From the NCBI GenBank assembly GCA_004764695.1, contig SMSO01000014.1, forward strand, positions 925,648 to 989,647: 64,000 nt of DNA. Reading direction: 5' to 3'. Positions 47,359 through 58,641 of the stretch are shown here, piece after piece (position 1 is the first letter of the stretch; the number at the start of each line of letters is the position of its first letter). The DNA comes from Schizochytrium sp. TIO01 (lineage: Eukaryota; Protista; Bigyra: Labyrinthulomycetes). A program made the position numbers and the translations under genes. The notes below the pieces were generated by a model. The model was given only the letters and a program-made list of their open reading frames with translations. It did no database searches and had not been told where the DNA came from.

Positions 47359-49236
47359 CTTCCCAATCCCCCAAAACTTAGATCCAGCCTCCCTAGCTCT
47401 TCGCGGCGCCAGACTTCCCAGTCTCAAGCGCCCGCCTTCATTTTTCTCTGCTCGCTCGCAACCCTGCTCTTCCTTTCGGCGGCGGTTGTCGTGGGTATGG
47501 GTTCGCCGTCGAGCTTCGCGTTGCGCAGCCGGGCTGCAAAACGCGTTGCGCAAATTGGCAGCGGCGAGCGAGCGAGCGTTGGGCCGGCGGCATTCTACAG
47601 TCCAAATGGCGCTGATTTTCAGAGACTTCGGTACAGATTTAAATGCGACATATCCCCTACTGGCGGAAGGGCACTCAGGATGTGGCTAAAGCCAAAGATC
47701 GCCTTCGAAGATCGCTCTGATTTCGTGTCCACCATGATAGCCTCCGTTCCGACTTGAACCTCGCGGCGGGACTTACGAGGGACTAGGCAGTATCTTTGCG
47801 TTCGCGGCTGGCCTCCTGCCCAGATCTGGCGATTGGCAATGCAATTTGAAATCGAGCGCGGAAAAATTGACCAAATCGTCGAGTGTTGTGGCCTTCGAGT
47901 GCAGACTGATTCGAGTTGGTGCTCGTCTTTGAAGTTCTCGTATGGTGATGGATCTCGGGTGCAACTGCAAGCGCCGTGGAGGACAGTGAAGGTAGCACAG
48001 TGTTGGAGGAAGTCGAGATTTCTGCCGAGGACGTCGACAACTTGCCACGAAGGGAACTTGAATATCGGCGCCGAGGTTGATCTCGATCCAAGATTCATGA
48101 GAAGGGTGGATCCAGCTTCGCTTGCAGGGCGTGCAGAAGGCGTCGTCAACTGCGACGGAGAATGAGTGCCTTTGCTGCATGGGTTGGCTAGCCTCGCATG
48201 GTCCAGTCTGACGGTGGCGTTCTCTGGGCTGTTCGATGAATCATTGGACTGGCCAGTTCCAACGCCTATCTCGCCGATCTCGAGAACCCACATTTTAGGA
48301 TTTCCGCTAACCATCGTGAACTTGACGAAGGCACAAACCGATGCGAATCGCTCCATTCCGTGCTTTTCGACGCTCGCCGAAATCTCGCAACTTCGTCGGC
48401 GCCATCAAGCTGTTCTCTTTCCTCGAACCCCCATCCGTGAACCTGAAGCACGCAGTCTTCATCTTGAATTTGCGCTACCTTGCACAAACTCAAAGTTTGG
48501 GCTACGTTGCCGCAATCGTTTTAGAACACCTTTAGCTAAGGCGATCCGATCCATCAAGTTCCTTTTGGCGATCCATACTTTTTATTTGACCAAAGCTTTT
48601 GCTAAACCTCTTCCTAAGTCCAGTGCGGGCTTTTGAAGGTTTTCATCTGCAGAGAACTCCTTCGGCTTTCGGTCTTCGCAGAACTCGCTCTCTCAGAGGC
48701 TGTACTTAGCTAGCGCTTTAAATTGCACCTGCCTAAGAGTTGTTAACACATTGCTAGTGGCACGTGGTTCTTAAGAACTCCGCGTCGAGATAGAATTTCG
48801 CAGGGCAGCAAAACCACAACTCGAGTACCTGGGACTTCGCGAGAGTGAGGTCGTAGTAGTAAGATTGACGTAAAGAGAAGAAGAGCTCGAGCTGATAGTT
48901 GGCGGCGAAGCAGGAGACCGAATCTTTGGGGTACCTGGCACGGTTGACCTTGCGGGAAGTACCTGTCGAAGCAACCTTTGCAGCACTGGCCTAAGTAGGT
49001 ACCTGGTAGTGTTAACGAGGAAAAGTCGTTGGCCAGCACTGGTATTACAGAGGTATTAGGTGCTACAGAGGTAATTTCGTTGACGATTGGAAAGAAGAGC
49101 AGTCGGCAGCAGCTCTGCGAGGTGCAAATCATAAAGTACGCGAAGTAGCGGAGTACTCGAAGCGAAGTTCAACAAAGTTTGACGAAAGGAGTACATAGAG
49201 ATTCGCGCGAGACTGTCGAATTGGGCTTGAGGCAAG

Positions 49237-50124
49237 ATGAACGCCCAGGAGCAGGTGCAATTGCAAATTCAGGAGGAGCGCAAACAGGAAAAGCTTAAGG
49301 CTGGTAAAGCCCATGAAGAGTTTCGCAACTATAAGGACTCTAAGCGCCAAGAAACTGTGCAAAGACACTACAAGCTGATGCGTGAGAAACAGACACTCGA
49401 CTTTGTGCGGCGCATGCACAAGAAGTACAACAGCTGCGAGCATGGCGAGATGTCGATTTGGGAGGCCTTCGAAAAACTCAAGGACTATGTGGATTCAAGC
49501 GACCCGGACTCAGACTCTCCTAACCTTGAGCATATGCTGCAAACCGCCGAGCGCATTCGCGCTGATGGCCACCCTGATTGGTTTCAACTGACTGGACTGC
49601 TTCATGACATGGGCAAAATTTGCTTTCTCTGGGGCAACAAGGAAGATGGACAGGAGGGAACTGGAGATGGTGACCAGTGGGCGCTTGGCGGTGACACTTG
49701 GGTTGTTGGATGCCGCATTCCTGACTGCGTGGTATTCCCTGAGTTCAACGAACTCAATCCTGATATGCATGATCCGGAGTTGTCTTCGGAGCTGGGTATC
49801 TACAGTCGTGGCTGTGGATTTGACAACCTTTTGATTGCTTATGGTCATGACGAGTACATGTACCGTATGCTCAAGGCAAACAATACAACGCTTCCTGAGC
49901 AAGCTCTTTCCATGATTCGTTTCCACTCTTGCTACCCCTGGCATAACGCTGGTGCGTACGAGCAATTCATGTCCCCGAAGGACTACGAAACGAAGAAGTG
50001 GGTGCTTCTTTTTAATCAGTACGATCTCTACACCAAGAGCGATGACAAGCCCGACATTGACGCTCTTTGGCCTTACTATCAATCTTTGATTGAGAAGTAC
50101 TTGCCCGCTAAGCTCAAGTGGTAA
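49237..50124 (+). CDS. MIOX: myo-inositol oxygenase
   Basis: FRNY...V..HY..M...QT..F; VDSSDPD; HMLQTAERIR..GHPDWFQLTGLLHDMGK; GHDEYMY; IRFHSCYPWH; FNQYDLYTKS; PYYQSLIEKY. Confidence 0.97.
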   Translation: MNAQEQVQLQIQEERKQEKLKAGKAHEEFRNYKDSKRQETVQRHYKLMREKQTLDFVRRMHKKYNSCEHGEMSIWEAFEKLKDYVDSSDPDSDSPNLEHMLQTAERIRADGHPDWFQLTGLLHDMGKICFLWGNKEDGQEGTGDGDQWALGGDTWVVGCRIPDCVVFPEFNELNPDMHDPELSSELGIYSRGCGFDNLLIAYGHDEYMYRMLKANNTTLPEQALSMIRFHSCYPWHNAGAYEQFMSPKDYETKKWVLLFNQYDLYTKSDDKPDIDALWPYYQSLIEKYLPAKLKW

Positions 50125-50926
50125 ATGGTCTAGTCTAGTCTTTATTCATGTTAAAAGCTCTACTCCATCAACGATAAAAAGAGTTCTAACTCGCTATCAT
50201 TCTCTCTTATAAGTTATAAATTGTCTCGTTTCTATGATTATTCACAAAATTATCCTTGTCTGTACAACCATGTTGTATACTGAATTCGATTGATTCCCAA
50301 TAATGATAGGTGCATATATCCAAAATTTGCAGGAAAGATGGTCAAAAGAAAAGGCCCAAGATGTCATTGTGCTCCAAATACATGAGATTTTCCCCAGGTA
50401 GAAGCTGCACTACTTCAAAGATATCATTCTGTGTTTTGGCTCTCGTATCATTACTATCAACATACCCAATGATCTATAATCTTGCTCTTGAACGTTTAAT
50501 AGTACTTCAACCTTGTTCTAATGTTCAAGATGGTTTCCGCAATTTCTTGTCTCTATAAATGCGTGTCTATTCTCTCTTCGCGAATTACTTCGTGTTTCAT
50601 GCAGTCCCAAGTTTCTCCTCATCATCCTGTAGCCAAATTCTATTGCCTTTGATTCTTTTGTTGTAATTGTACCACCAAATTCGATTTTCCGCCCCAGAAG
50701 TGTGGCATCCTCTTGTAAGTGCTAGGAGTATGTATAGCAGTTCCACTAATAGTAGCCCTTTTACATTCGAGGATGCTTGCCTGCCCAATCACTTGATGGA
50801 CGAACATGAGCCAATTCATAAACTCCGTGGAACTCCAGAGTGACATTTGCAACCTTAAGAGGTGAGGGGCAGGAGGGCCCGGGCCTGGCTGGTGCACTGG
50901 CACTGATTGTTGACGTTGTCAAGAGG

Positions 50927-52159
50927 ATGGTCGTCGTTATCAACGATGCACAAGGCCTATGGAGCCAATTGGGCAGCTTCTTGTTCATCGCTGGAGGTGT
51001 TTTTGCAGACCTGATGTTGGTACGCTTGTTCCTGCTACTCGCGTATATTTTTCTTTTGTTCAATGCACTTGTGGGCTTCCCGTCTTGGCCTGACTTGTAT
51101 AGTCCTTTTGACTCCATTTCTATTGATAGCGTGTTTTGGAATGCGATGGGATGTTACGTGCAACTTAGCGGACTTGTACGCCTACTACTTGATGAAAGAA
51201 AAGTGCCTATGGATGAGGAGGAGTCGGCTGTTTGGCGCATGTTTTATCGCTACAGTGGAATCTCGCGAATGCTTTTTAAGATGAATATTCTTGACTATGG
51301 GCGATTTGATACATTTGCTCCTGGAGCGCAAATTATTGATGAGATCGAGGAAACAGCAATGTTCCCCGCTGATGGCTATGATAATCTAACATATATGCAT
51401 GATGTCATTACGCACCGTGAGAATGCTAACGCAGTCAGCGAGCCAGAACATGAGCGGCGTCTATATATCATCCTTGAGGGCCATGTGCGTGCTGTCACGA
51501 ATATCCACGGTAAGAAAACGCATTTGCGTTTTTCATCAGGCGATATGTTTGAGTTTCGCTATCTTAATCTTTTTGGAGTTCACGCAGGTTTTCTTGACAG
51601 TTCAATGAGTGCAAGAGCACGAACTGTGGTTCGCACTTTTAGCATCCCTGTCAAGTCCCTTGAGCTGATGGCTACAGGTTCAGGGCCTATGCGCCAGGCC
51701 TGGCTGAGTACAATCATTGCCCACATTTCTCGCGAGGCTGAGCGACCAGATCTCTATTACGATCGTCAAGCAGACTTGGGTGTCGCTGACGATACTGATT
51801 TGGTTGAGCCGTTGATGCGTCGAGCAAGCATCTTTGATCCCTTGTCTGATGAGGAGCTTCCGCCTCCTGATTCACCTGGTTCTGGCATGTTTTTCAAACG
51901 GCCAGTCTTGACGTTGTATAAACTTTGCCGGGAGACATTTACGCCCCCTTGGCCTTTTCAACGACCTTTCCCAGGTCTTCGTCACAAGCTAGATGTCCCA
52001 CCAGCTGGTCGACGGGCTGCAGAGCATGTGCGTTCGCAGTTGCAAAGAATGACCATCAAAGCTTCTCAAACATCAGCAAATCCAAGCACTTCATTTCCTC
52101 GTGATCGAACAGCTTGGACACGCCTCCAACCCTCCACCAAAGATGTCGAAATGGCATAA
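50927..52159 (+). CDS. Popeye-domain-like (POPDC/BVES-like) membrane protein with cyclic-nucleotide-binding-like fold
   Basis: Three hydrophobic helices including D.VFWN, followed by ERKVPM.EEE..VWRMFYR..GISR..F and the beta-roll LYIILEGHV...GDMFE. ATG at 50927. Confidence 0.72.
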   Translation: MVVVINDAQGLWSQLGSFLFIAGGVFADLMLVRLFLLLAYIFLLFNALVGFPSWPDLYSPFDSISIDSVFWNAMGCYVQLSGLVRLLLDERKVPMDEEESAVWRMFYRYSGISRMLFKMNILDYGRFDTFAPGAQIIDEIEETAMFPADGYDNLTYMHDVITHRENANAVSEPEHERRLYIILEGHVRAVTNIHGKKTHLRFSSGDMFEFRYLNLFGVHAGFLDSSMSARARTVVRTFSIPVKSLELMATGSGPMRQAWLSTIIAHISREAERPDLYYDRQADLGVADDTDLVEPLMRRASIFDPLSDEELPPPDSPGSGMFFKRPVLTLYKLCRETFTPPWPFQRPFPGLRHKLDVPPAGRRAAEHVRSQLQRMTIKASQTSANPSTSFPRDRTAWTRLQPSTKDVEMA

Positions 52160-52333
52160 GTGTTATTTTTTAGCATGGGCGTTTTCATTCCTAAAGAACA
52201 TTGCGATTATACAGTTTGGATAACTCAGCTTCAGATCCTGTCATCAGTCGAGTGGCTATCAAAGTGGAACTCTTCACCTTTTTGGAGCTCTTCAGCTATA
52301 CTTTGCCATAGATGTTGCCCTGTTCGGGACGAT

Positions 52334-52695
52334 GGCCTCCAGTAAATTAAAGATACACCAAAATCAAAACCAAACTGTTACTAAGCGAAACCTTTGATAG
52401 ATGATATATGAAAAATGAAGTCCCATAGCTAATCCAACCCTTTTGCTGTGTCCGCGGTGGCTATTTTCCCTTTGCCTTGTCTTAGCGCCGGTATCGCCAA
52501 CATCGGCGAAGGCCTCCAGAAAATCACAGATGCACCAAAATCAAAATCAAAATCAAACTCTTACTAAGCGAAACTTTTGATAGATGATATATGGAAATTG
52601 AAGTCCCATAGCTAATCCAACCCTTTGGCTGCTTCCGCGGTGGCTATTTCCCCTTTGCCTTGTCTTAGCGCCGGTATCGCCAACATCGGCGAAGG
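52334..52695. repeat. Imperfect tandem duplication, about 177-183 bp x2
   Basis: GGCCTCCAG...CAACATCGGCGAA at 52334-52510 is repeated at 52511-52693 with scattered substitutions. Confidence 0.93.
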
Positions 52696-54494
52696 AGTCA
52701 AACTTGACTTGGACCCCTGGGTTCAACTTGATCTTGAATGTCGCCAACAGGGTGTAGTGACATGGTGTGCTTTGCGTTGGCAGAAATTTCCACAACCTGG
52801 GAAGTGTCATATGATCGCAGCCATCACCAAACCACTGCTAGGCGCCCACCACTTGGTCGACGATGCTCCTCAGCAGACGGCAGCAAAGATGATCTTGACT
52901 GGATCATGGTGCGACGAACCCTGAGTGAGTCTCTGCAAGTTGTGCAGTGTGACTGCATCACGATAAGCGGGACCAAGAATGATGGCGCCCCTTTTTGGAG
53001 ACATTCGGTCTCCTCAAGTCACGCCATATTGCTCTTTATCCAGAAACTTGCAGAGCGAGCTTCACCACGATCAGAAGCAAACTGGAGGCGCTCGAAATTC
53101 CCTCCCTGCTGTCATGAAGAGATCCTCTTCGGTTCTGGGCACGGCTCTCGTCAGTTCGAAGAACTCGCATCCTGTGCTAGAAGAGAGCAGGCGCCACTTT
53201 TGTTGAACTTGCTATTAGGCAACCGCTATGTGATACTAACTATTAGTGCCTACCTACTCATCGATGATCAAATTATCTTCTCCGTGGAACTTTCTTACAC
53301 CTCTGACCCACACTTGAAACGATATTATTTATCCCCGCAGCCCTCCTTGCTCTCTCTGCATTCCACTGAATATAGGGGTATGCAGAGGAGTGTGAGTGCC
53401 ATAAATTCAACAGAAGCTAAATTTGAGTGGCTTCCCTCTGCACGCACCCTACCAAGTTTCCAGTGGAGGCCCTCTGTCTCCTTCACTGGAAAAATTAAAA
53501 CCCACTGCCTCACAGTCCCGAACATTCTCCCTGTCCCCAAAAGAAAACTCTCCAACGGCACACGAGTCCTTGTTCAGCAACCCACCCTCTATTCTCACAC
53601 ACTGTTTGAAAAATCTACCTCCATATCCTCCTCATCTAATGTATATCCTAATACCCACCCTCGTCACACCCCTCATTCTTTTATGTACTGCCCCCTCTTT
53701 TTCCCAAAGTTTCTTTTCCTTTTCTCTTCTCTCAGAACAAACAAATTAACTTTAAAAATAAACTAAAAAGCAGATAAAAACATTATTTTCAACTGTCGAG
53801 GCGGCTTTAATTGTATCCTAAGTACTACTATTGATTTGCCTAGCTTTCCTTTCGTTTGCTGCAGTCTGGCAGGAGAGTTCCACGTCTATAGGACCACCTA
53901 ATCTAAACAATAGCCTCCCATCGTCTCTTCTCTTTAGCCTTATCTACCGCGTACTAGGAGTGCTCAACAGGCGAAGGAGAGAAAGGAAAAGAAAAGAAAA
54001 GAAAAGAAATAGGTGCCTACTTTAAAAGAGAAGGCTAGGGATCCTATAGTATATGGTATTTGCGAGGCTGCGCGGAGTGGTTATTTCTTTCTTTCTTTCT
54101 ATCTTTCTTTCTGTCTTTCTTTCTTTAGTTGGTTATTCTTCGGCTGCATTTTCGTTCCTTCGTTCCTTCGTGGATCTTTGTGGATCTTTGCGGGTCTTTC
54201 TTTCCATCAAATATGCGTCGTTCTTCCCTCTCGAAGGCCTCGTTCTCTTTCCTCTGCTCTCTTACCCTGCGCATCACGGACCTTCTTCTTTCCCTCTGCG
54301 GATTTCTTCGGTACGTGAGAGAGATTTCTAAGGATTCTTTCTTTCTTTCTTTCTTTCTTTCAAGGAGCGCTCTGAGAAAGGAAGACGCACTAAGGCTGCA
54401 ATAGCACCTCCTATTGACAGAAAAGGCCGATTATATCTTGAGCTTTTTTTTCTTACTCTCTTTCTTTCTCTCTTTCTCTGCTTCTTTGCTTTAG

Positions 54495-54504
54495 TTTTCT
54501 TTCT

Positions 54505-54540
<36 letters not shown>

Positions 54541-54661
54541 TGCACATTGAAGAAGATCGCAGAAACTTGAGGCCTCTTCGTGAGATAAGGAGGCTGAGCC
54601 TGTCCTTTCTTGAGAGCAGTGGCCTCTGCTGATCTGATCTGATCTGATCTGATCTGATCTG
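54495..54661 (+). repeat. Simple repeats: (CTTT)n then (GATCT)n
   Basis: TTTC tract at about 54497-54541 and about 6 CTGAT units at 54629-54660. Confidence 0.85.
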
Positions 54662-55346
54662 GTGTGGGTCTCGTCTTGGTCTGGTCTGCCTGGTATGCAT
54701 TCGATTCAATGTCCTTTTGTTCTCGTTTGCTTTCTGAGACTGTTTCATTCTGGGTATTCTTTATCATTGTTGTGACAGAAAGTTGAACGAAGCAGAACTC
54801 TTTTTAATGTTCATGAAAAAGTAAATACAATGAGAGATAGAATAACGCACTGCAAAACAAAAGAGGATTGTTAATCCAATTAATTAATTGAAATTAATTA
54901 AAATTAAGTAATTAAATTTTAAGTACTTGTTTCCTTAGTGTAAGAAAGGGGAGAGTAAAGAGAGAGAGAGAGAGAGAGAGCGAGAAAATAAACAGATAGA
55001 TCCCAACAGACCCCTTTCTCTTGCGCCCGCGCCTCGACACGAAGCTTACACGCGCCCCGCGCTACGCACGCTCCCTCGCGCTTTTGCCTGCTTGATTGCT
55101 TGCTCGGTTCGCCTGCAGCGTTTTTCGTAGCGTAGAAGAGCGATCGCAGCAACGGATCTCGTCGTTTGCACTCTCCGTTAGACAACTACGTCTATAGTGC
55201 TTCAATAAGTACGTACGTACGTACGTAGCTTCACGGAGGCCCATCAAAACACTTGAAGTACCTTCATCTGGGGAAGGGCTTTGTCTATTCTAGGCGCTAC
55301 ACGTTTCTTTACAGTAGTCTGCGATTGAGGTTTAGAAGTGCAAAAC

Positions 55347-55742
55347 ATGCAGTTCAAAAAGGAACACCCTTTCGAGAAGCGCGAGCAGGAATCGCAGCGT
55401 ATTCGCTCTAAGTACCCCGACCGAGTACCTGTGATCTGCGAGCGTGACCCTCGCAGCGACATTCCGGATATTGACAAGAAAAAGTACCTTGTACCGAATG
55501 ACCTCACCGTTGGCCAGTTTGTCTATGTCATTCGGAAGCGCATCAAGGTCAAGGCCGAAAAGGCAATCTACGTCTTTATCGACAATGTGCTTCCGCCTAC
55601 CGCAGCTCTGATGTCTTCCATCTACGAGGACAAGAAGGACAAGGATGGTTTTCTTTACGTAACTTACTCTGGCGAGAGCACGTTTGGCGCTCTCACAGAA
55701 GAGGATCTCGCAGCTGTCTTTGAGGAGCTCTCCTCTAACTGA
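55347..55742 (+). CDS. ATG8: Autophagy-related protein 8
   Basis: [10 protein letters not shown]...[14 protein letters not shown]...[25 protein letters not shown]...[15 protein letters not shown] plus a 17-aa tail. Confidence 0.97.
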   Translation: MQFKKEHPFEKREQESQRIRSKYPDRVPVICERDPRSDIPDIDKKKYLVPNDLTVGQFVYVIRKRIKVKAEKAIYVFIDNVLPPTAALMSSIYEDKKDKDGFLYVTYSGESTFGALTEEDLAAVFEELSSN

Positions 55743-56670
55743 GTTCGAAAGACCGACCATAGGTGTGATCTCCTGGCTATGGAGAGGCGGGTCAAATTTG
55801 TCAATGCACATGACGCCATTCGATCCCCCTGACCTGCCAAACCTGGTATAATGTAGAATCCACGATGTTTTTACACGCATGAGCTCAAGAGTTATCTGCC
55901 TCGGCAATTAATTATGCAGCATCTACAACACCCAAGACAGAAGGCCGCTTCAGGCAAGGAGCGGTTGAGTAGCATCTTAGAGGACGCTCCAAAATGACGG
56001 ACGATGTAGTGCCCTACACGGCTAAATGCCTTGTTTGAACTGTATACACATTCGCACACACTTCATTCCCAAAGAAACCCTGCGCGTAACAGCAGCATTA
56101 GCAGTGAGTTGCTCTAGATGACTTGGATTTTGCTGAAGTCAGATCAGAGACAGTTGTCGGGCCTTTGGGAGCATTACTTACTCTTTAAATAATCAAACAT
56201 GTACAGATTCCCTTTAGCACGTTAAGTTTCTTCTGTTGTTCCCGAATGTCTCGGTTTCCTTATTTACTCTAAACCTTCATCATAAAACACAGCATGTAAT
56301 TTATTTAGGTTTATTCTGTGGTACTATGGATAACATGGAATGGGTAAAATAAAGTGAAGCGTTGCCTCAGTCTATCTTTGTCATTATTATATTTGTCTTT
56401 GCCGCAGGAGCTACCCTCACTCAAAGACTTGCCTGCTTAGATTGCAAGCACTTTGGACAGGTATGCTGAAACTTCTCCACTCGTTATGAATCTTGAGTTT
56501 CAGAATGTATCGTTTATACATTTCCAAAAAAGGTAGTTGTTTGCCTGCTCCTTATAATATCTTAAAAGAATAAAAACGTGAATGTGATTAGGCCTTTATC
56601 CCTCGGCTAGAGAGGTAGCCACAACTGCAAAATCAGGCATGTAGCTTAAGCTTGAGATTCCCCATGTTAT

Positions 56671-57619
56671 TTACATTCCAAGAAACTGAAGGGCTTTAGG
56701 CAAGTCTCTCCCAACATTCTCAAATACATCTCGAGCCAAATCTCTGTCCCCTTGGCAAAAGTTTACCAACGCTTCAAGATCATCTGCTTCTTGTGCTGAT
56801 AGTGACAATGAACCAGAAGACCCTGACTTGTTGTTACCGGTCGAAGAGTCCTGAGCTTTGCTTAAGACTCCGTCAGTGAGGTCCACAACGGGATCTACGG
56901 AGTTGTGGGCGAAATTGGCGTCAGAATCCGAGGTCGAACTCGATTGGACCAGAGACAACGCGACCTGAAGGTTTCGCCCTGCACTGTGGAAGAGGTCATT
57001 GGCAAGCTCAACGTCGCCATTACATGCTGCAATGAGAGCGTCCTGATCCGTCTGGGCGTTGTCGGGCTCTCCAGTGAGAATGCGGAGCGTGGCATCTGGA
57101 TGTTGCAGAGCGTCAACGAGAGTTGCGTTGCTCAAGGCATGAACGCGATCCGAAGTCTCGCGGGCATCGGCTCCGGCCTCTATCAAGCTCTGTATCTGCA
57201 CGAGCCGAGCGCGCGTGCGGTCCCTCAACATCTTCGCTACCACGGCCTTGGGTTTCGAATCTGGCTTCGCCAGTCGTGAGTTCCGAGTTCTCAGAGTGTC
57301 ACTGCTGCCACAGAAGCTTAAGCCCACCAATTGTTTTCAATGTAATTAGCTGCTCTTAGTTGCCACCTAAAATCACAATTTGCATTTCTCTGGGTTCTAT
57401 CCAATCCTTCAGATTCATAGTGAAGGTGAGAGTGAGAGTGATCACTCACAATCGCAAACCTGCCCGAAAGCCAGATTCCATCCACCACTTGAGTTGCTTC
57501 AATTGCTCTTCAATCATGAACAGATTCGGCATCTCAGTGCTTTCAGACCCCTCAACTTCGTCAATCTTCAACGGCCCTTCTTTAAACATCATGATCTCCA
57601 ATTCTCCGAGGGATGCCAT
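56671..57619 (-). CDS. Protein with two UBA-like helical repeats; exons 57619-57450, 57304-56671 (5' end uncertain)
   Basis: Repeats ALIAACNGDVELANDLFHSAGRNLQVALSL and ALVNFCQGDRDLARDVFENVGRDLPKALQF. A phase-2 intron GTGAGT...GGCAG with a CTAAT branch-like site joins the two ORFs. Confidence 0.65.
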
Positions 57620-58641
57620 GGCCTCGAGTTGTTTGTGCTTTGACTTCTTGACTTGAGTTCTTATAGAAAGCAATGGACAGAGAAGCAGGCTGCCCGCGTG
57701 CTTTGACTACTGCAGGTTCTGCGCAAGGTAAACGATTTATCTGAATAGCCTCCGGTTGGTGAGAGTGACCTGCGTTATTAATTAACCTGGTACTTCACTC
57801 CTAGCGACTGCCTTGCAACCTGTAGCAACTGCCTTGATGGTCATCGAGTCTGTGCAATGTGCTCTAATCAGCTGCTCAACCCCATGGCAGTAGCAGGTGA
57901 TATCTCGAGCGACACCACACAGTCTAGACGTTCACAAGAGGAGCCTCGAGCAAAAGGCCGCTCGCTCTCCGTCCCAAGGTTGAGCCAGAACATCGTCAAA
58001 ACGAAGAATTCTGTTAACTTCGCATTACCGGGACCTCTACTGGGAATACTATGTGTGGAGCTAGCGAGTGCAGTAACAGTAGAAAGAACAAAGACGAGGA
58101 TCTTGAGGTTCGATGATACAGGAATAAGAGACACAAAATGTAAGGTTTAAGATTAGGTTAGCAGGGTCGGGTGAGGATGGCACCACGTTGTTGCCGACGT
58201 GGCGAAGGGCTGAAGGGAGGATGGCGTTAAGGATATATCAAACAACTAAACCGGCTCGAGCGGGCTTTAGCTTGCGCTTGCGGCGGCCAGGGGGCGAGAG
58301 GGAAGACGCCTCGACTGTTCTCGAGAGGTTTGTTCGAGTCTGGGTGGGTTTTAAAGATTTGTGTGGAGGCGTGGGAAGCTGGAAAGCAGCCGCAACTCCC
58401 ACTTTCAACTTTTCAATCAACTTGAGCCTTTGGCAAGACCTTTCGGTTTCTGCAAAGCTCAAAGACACAGAGCCCAGCACGAGAAGCCAGGCGTTCTGGG
58501 GTAGAGCTTTTAGAGTGTATTAAGATTGTCTTACCTTGCATCAAGGGACCAAGACTCTCTGCAAGTTTCTTTCCTTTGTGGAATATCTTCAAAAATCTTT
58601 GATTCGAAACAACAGCCGACAAAATATCTGCTGCTGGCAAA

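Noticed and set aside
47619-48636. Overlapping 245-aa (-) and 110-156-aa (+) ORFs
   Set aside because: No family motifs. They lie in GC-rich DNA between divergent genes, where open frames arise by chance.
49510-50082. Long antisense ORFs over MIOX (similar ones lie over the cathepsin and the ATPase)
   Set aside because: Shadow ORFs produced by codon bias in the sense genes.
52334-52695. Repeats considered as a CRISPR array
   Set aside because: Only two long tandem copies, no spacers, no cas genes, and a eukaryotic context.
52738-53766. 342-aa ORF on the + strand
   Set aside because: No recognisable motifs, it spans segments of very different composition, and it lacks the codon bias of the real genes; probably spurious.
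57990-58120. Peptide RILRFDD encoded on both strands about 100 nt apart
   Set aside because: Nucleotide identity is low and neither frame is a supported gene; treated as coincidence.
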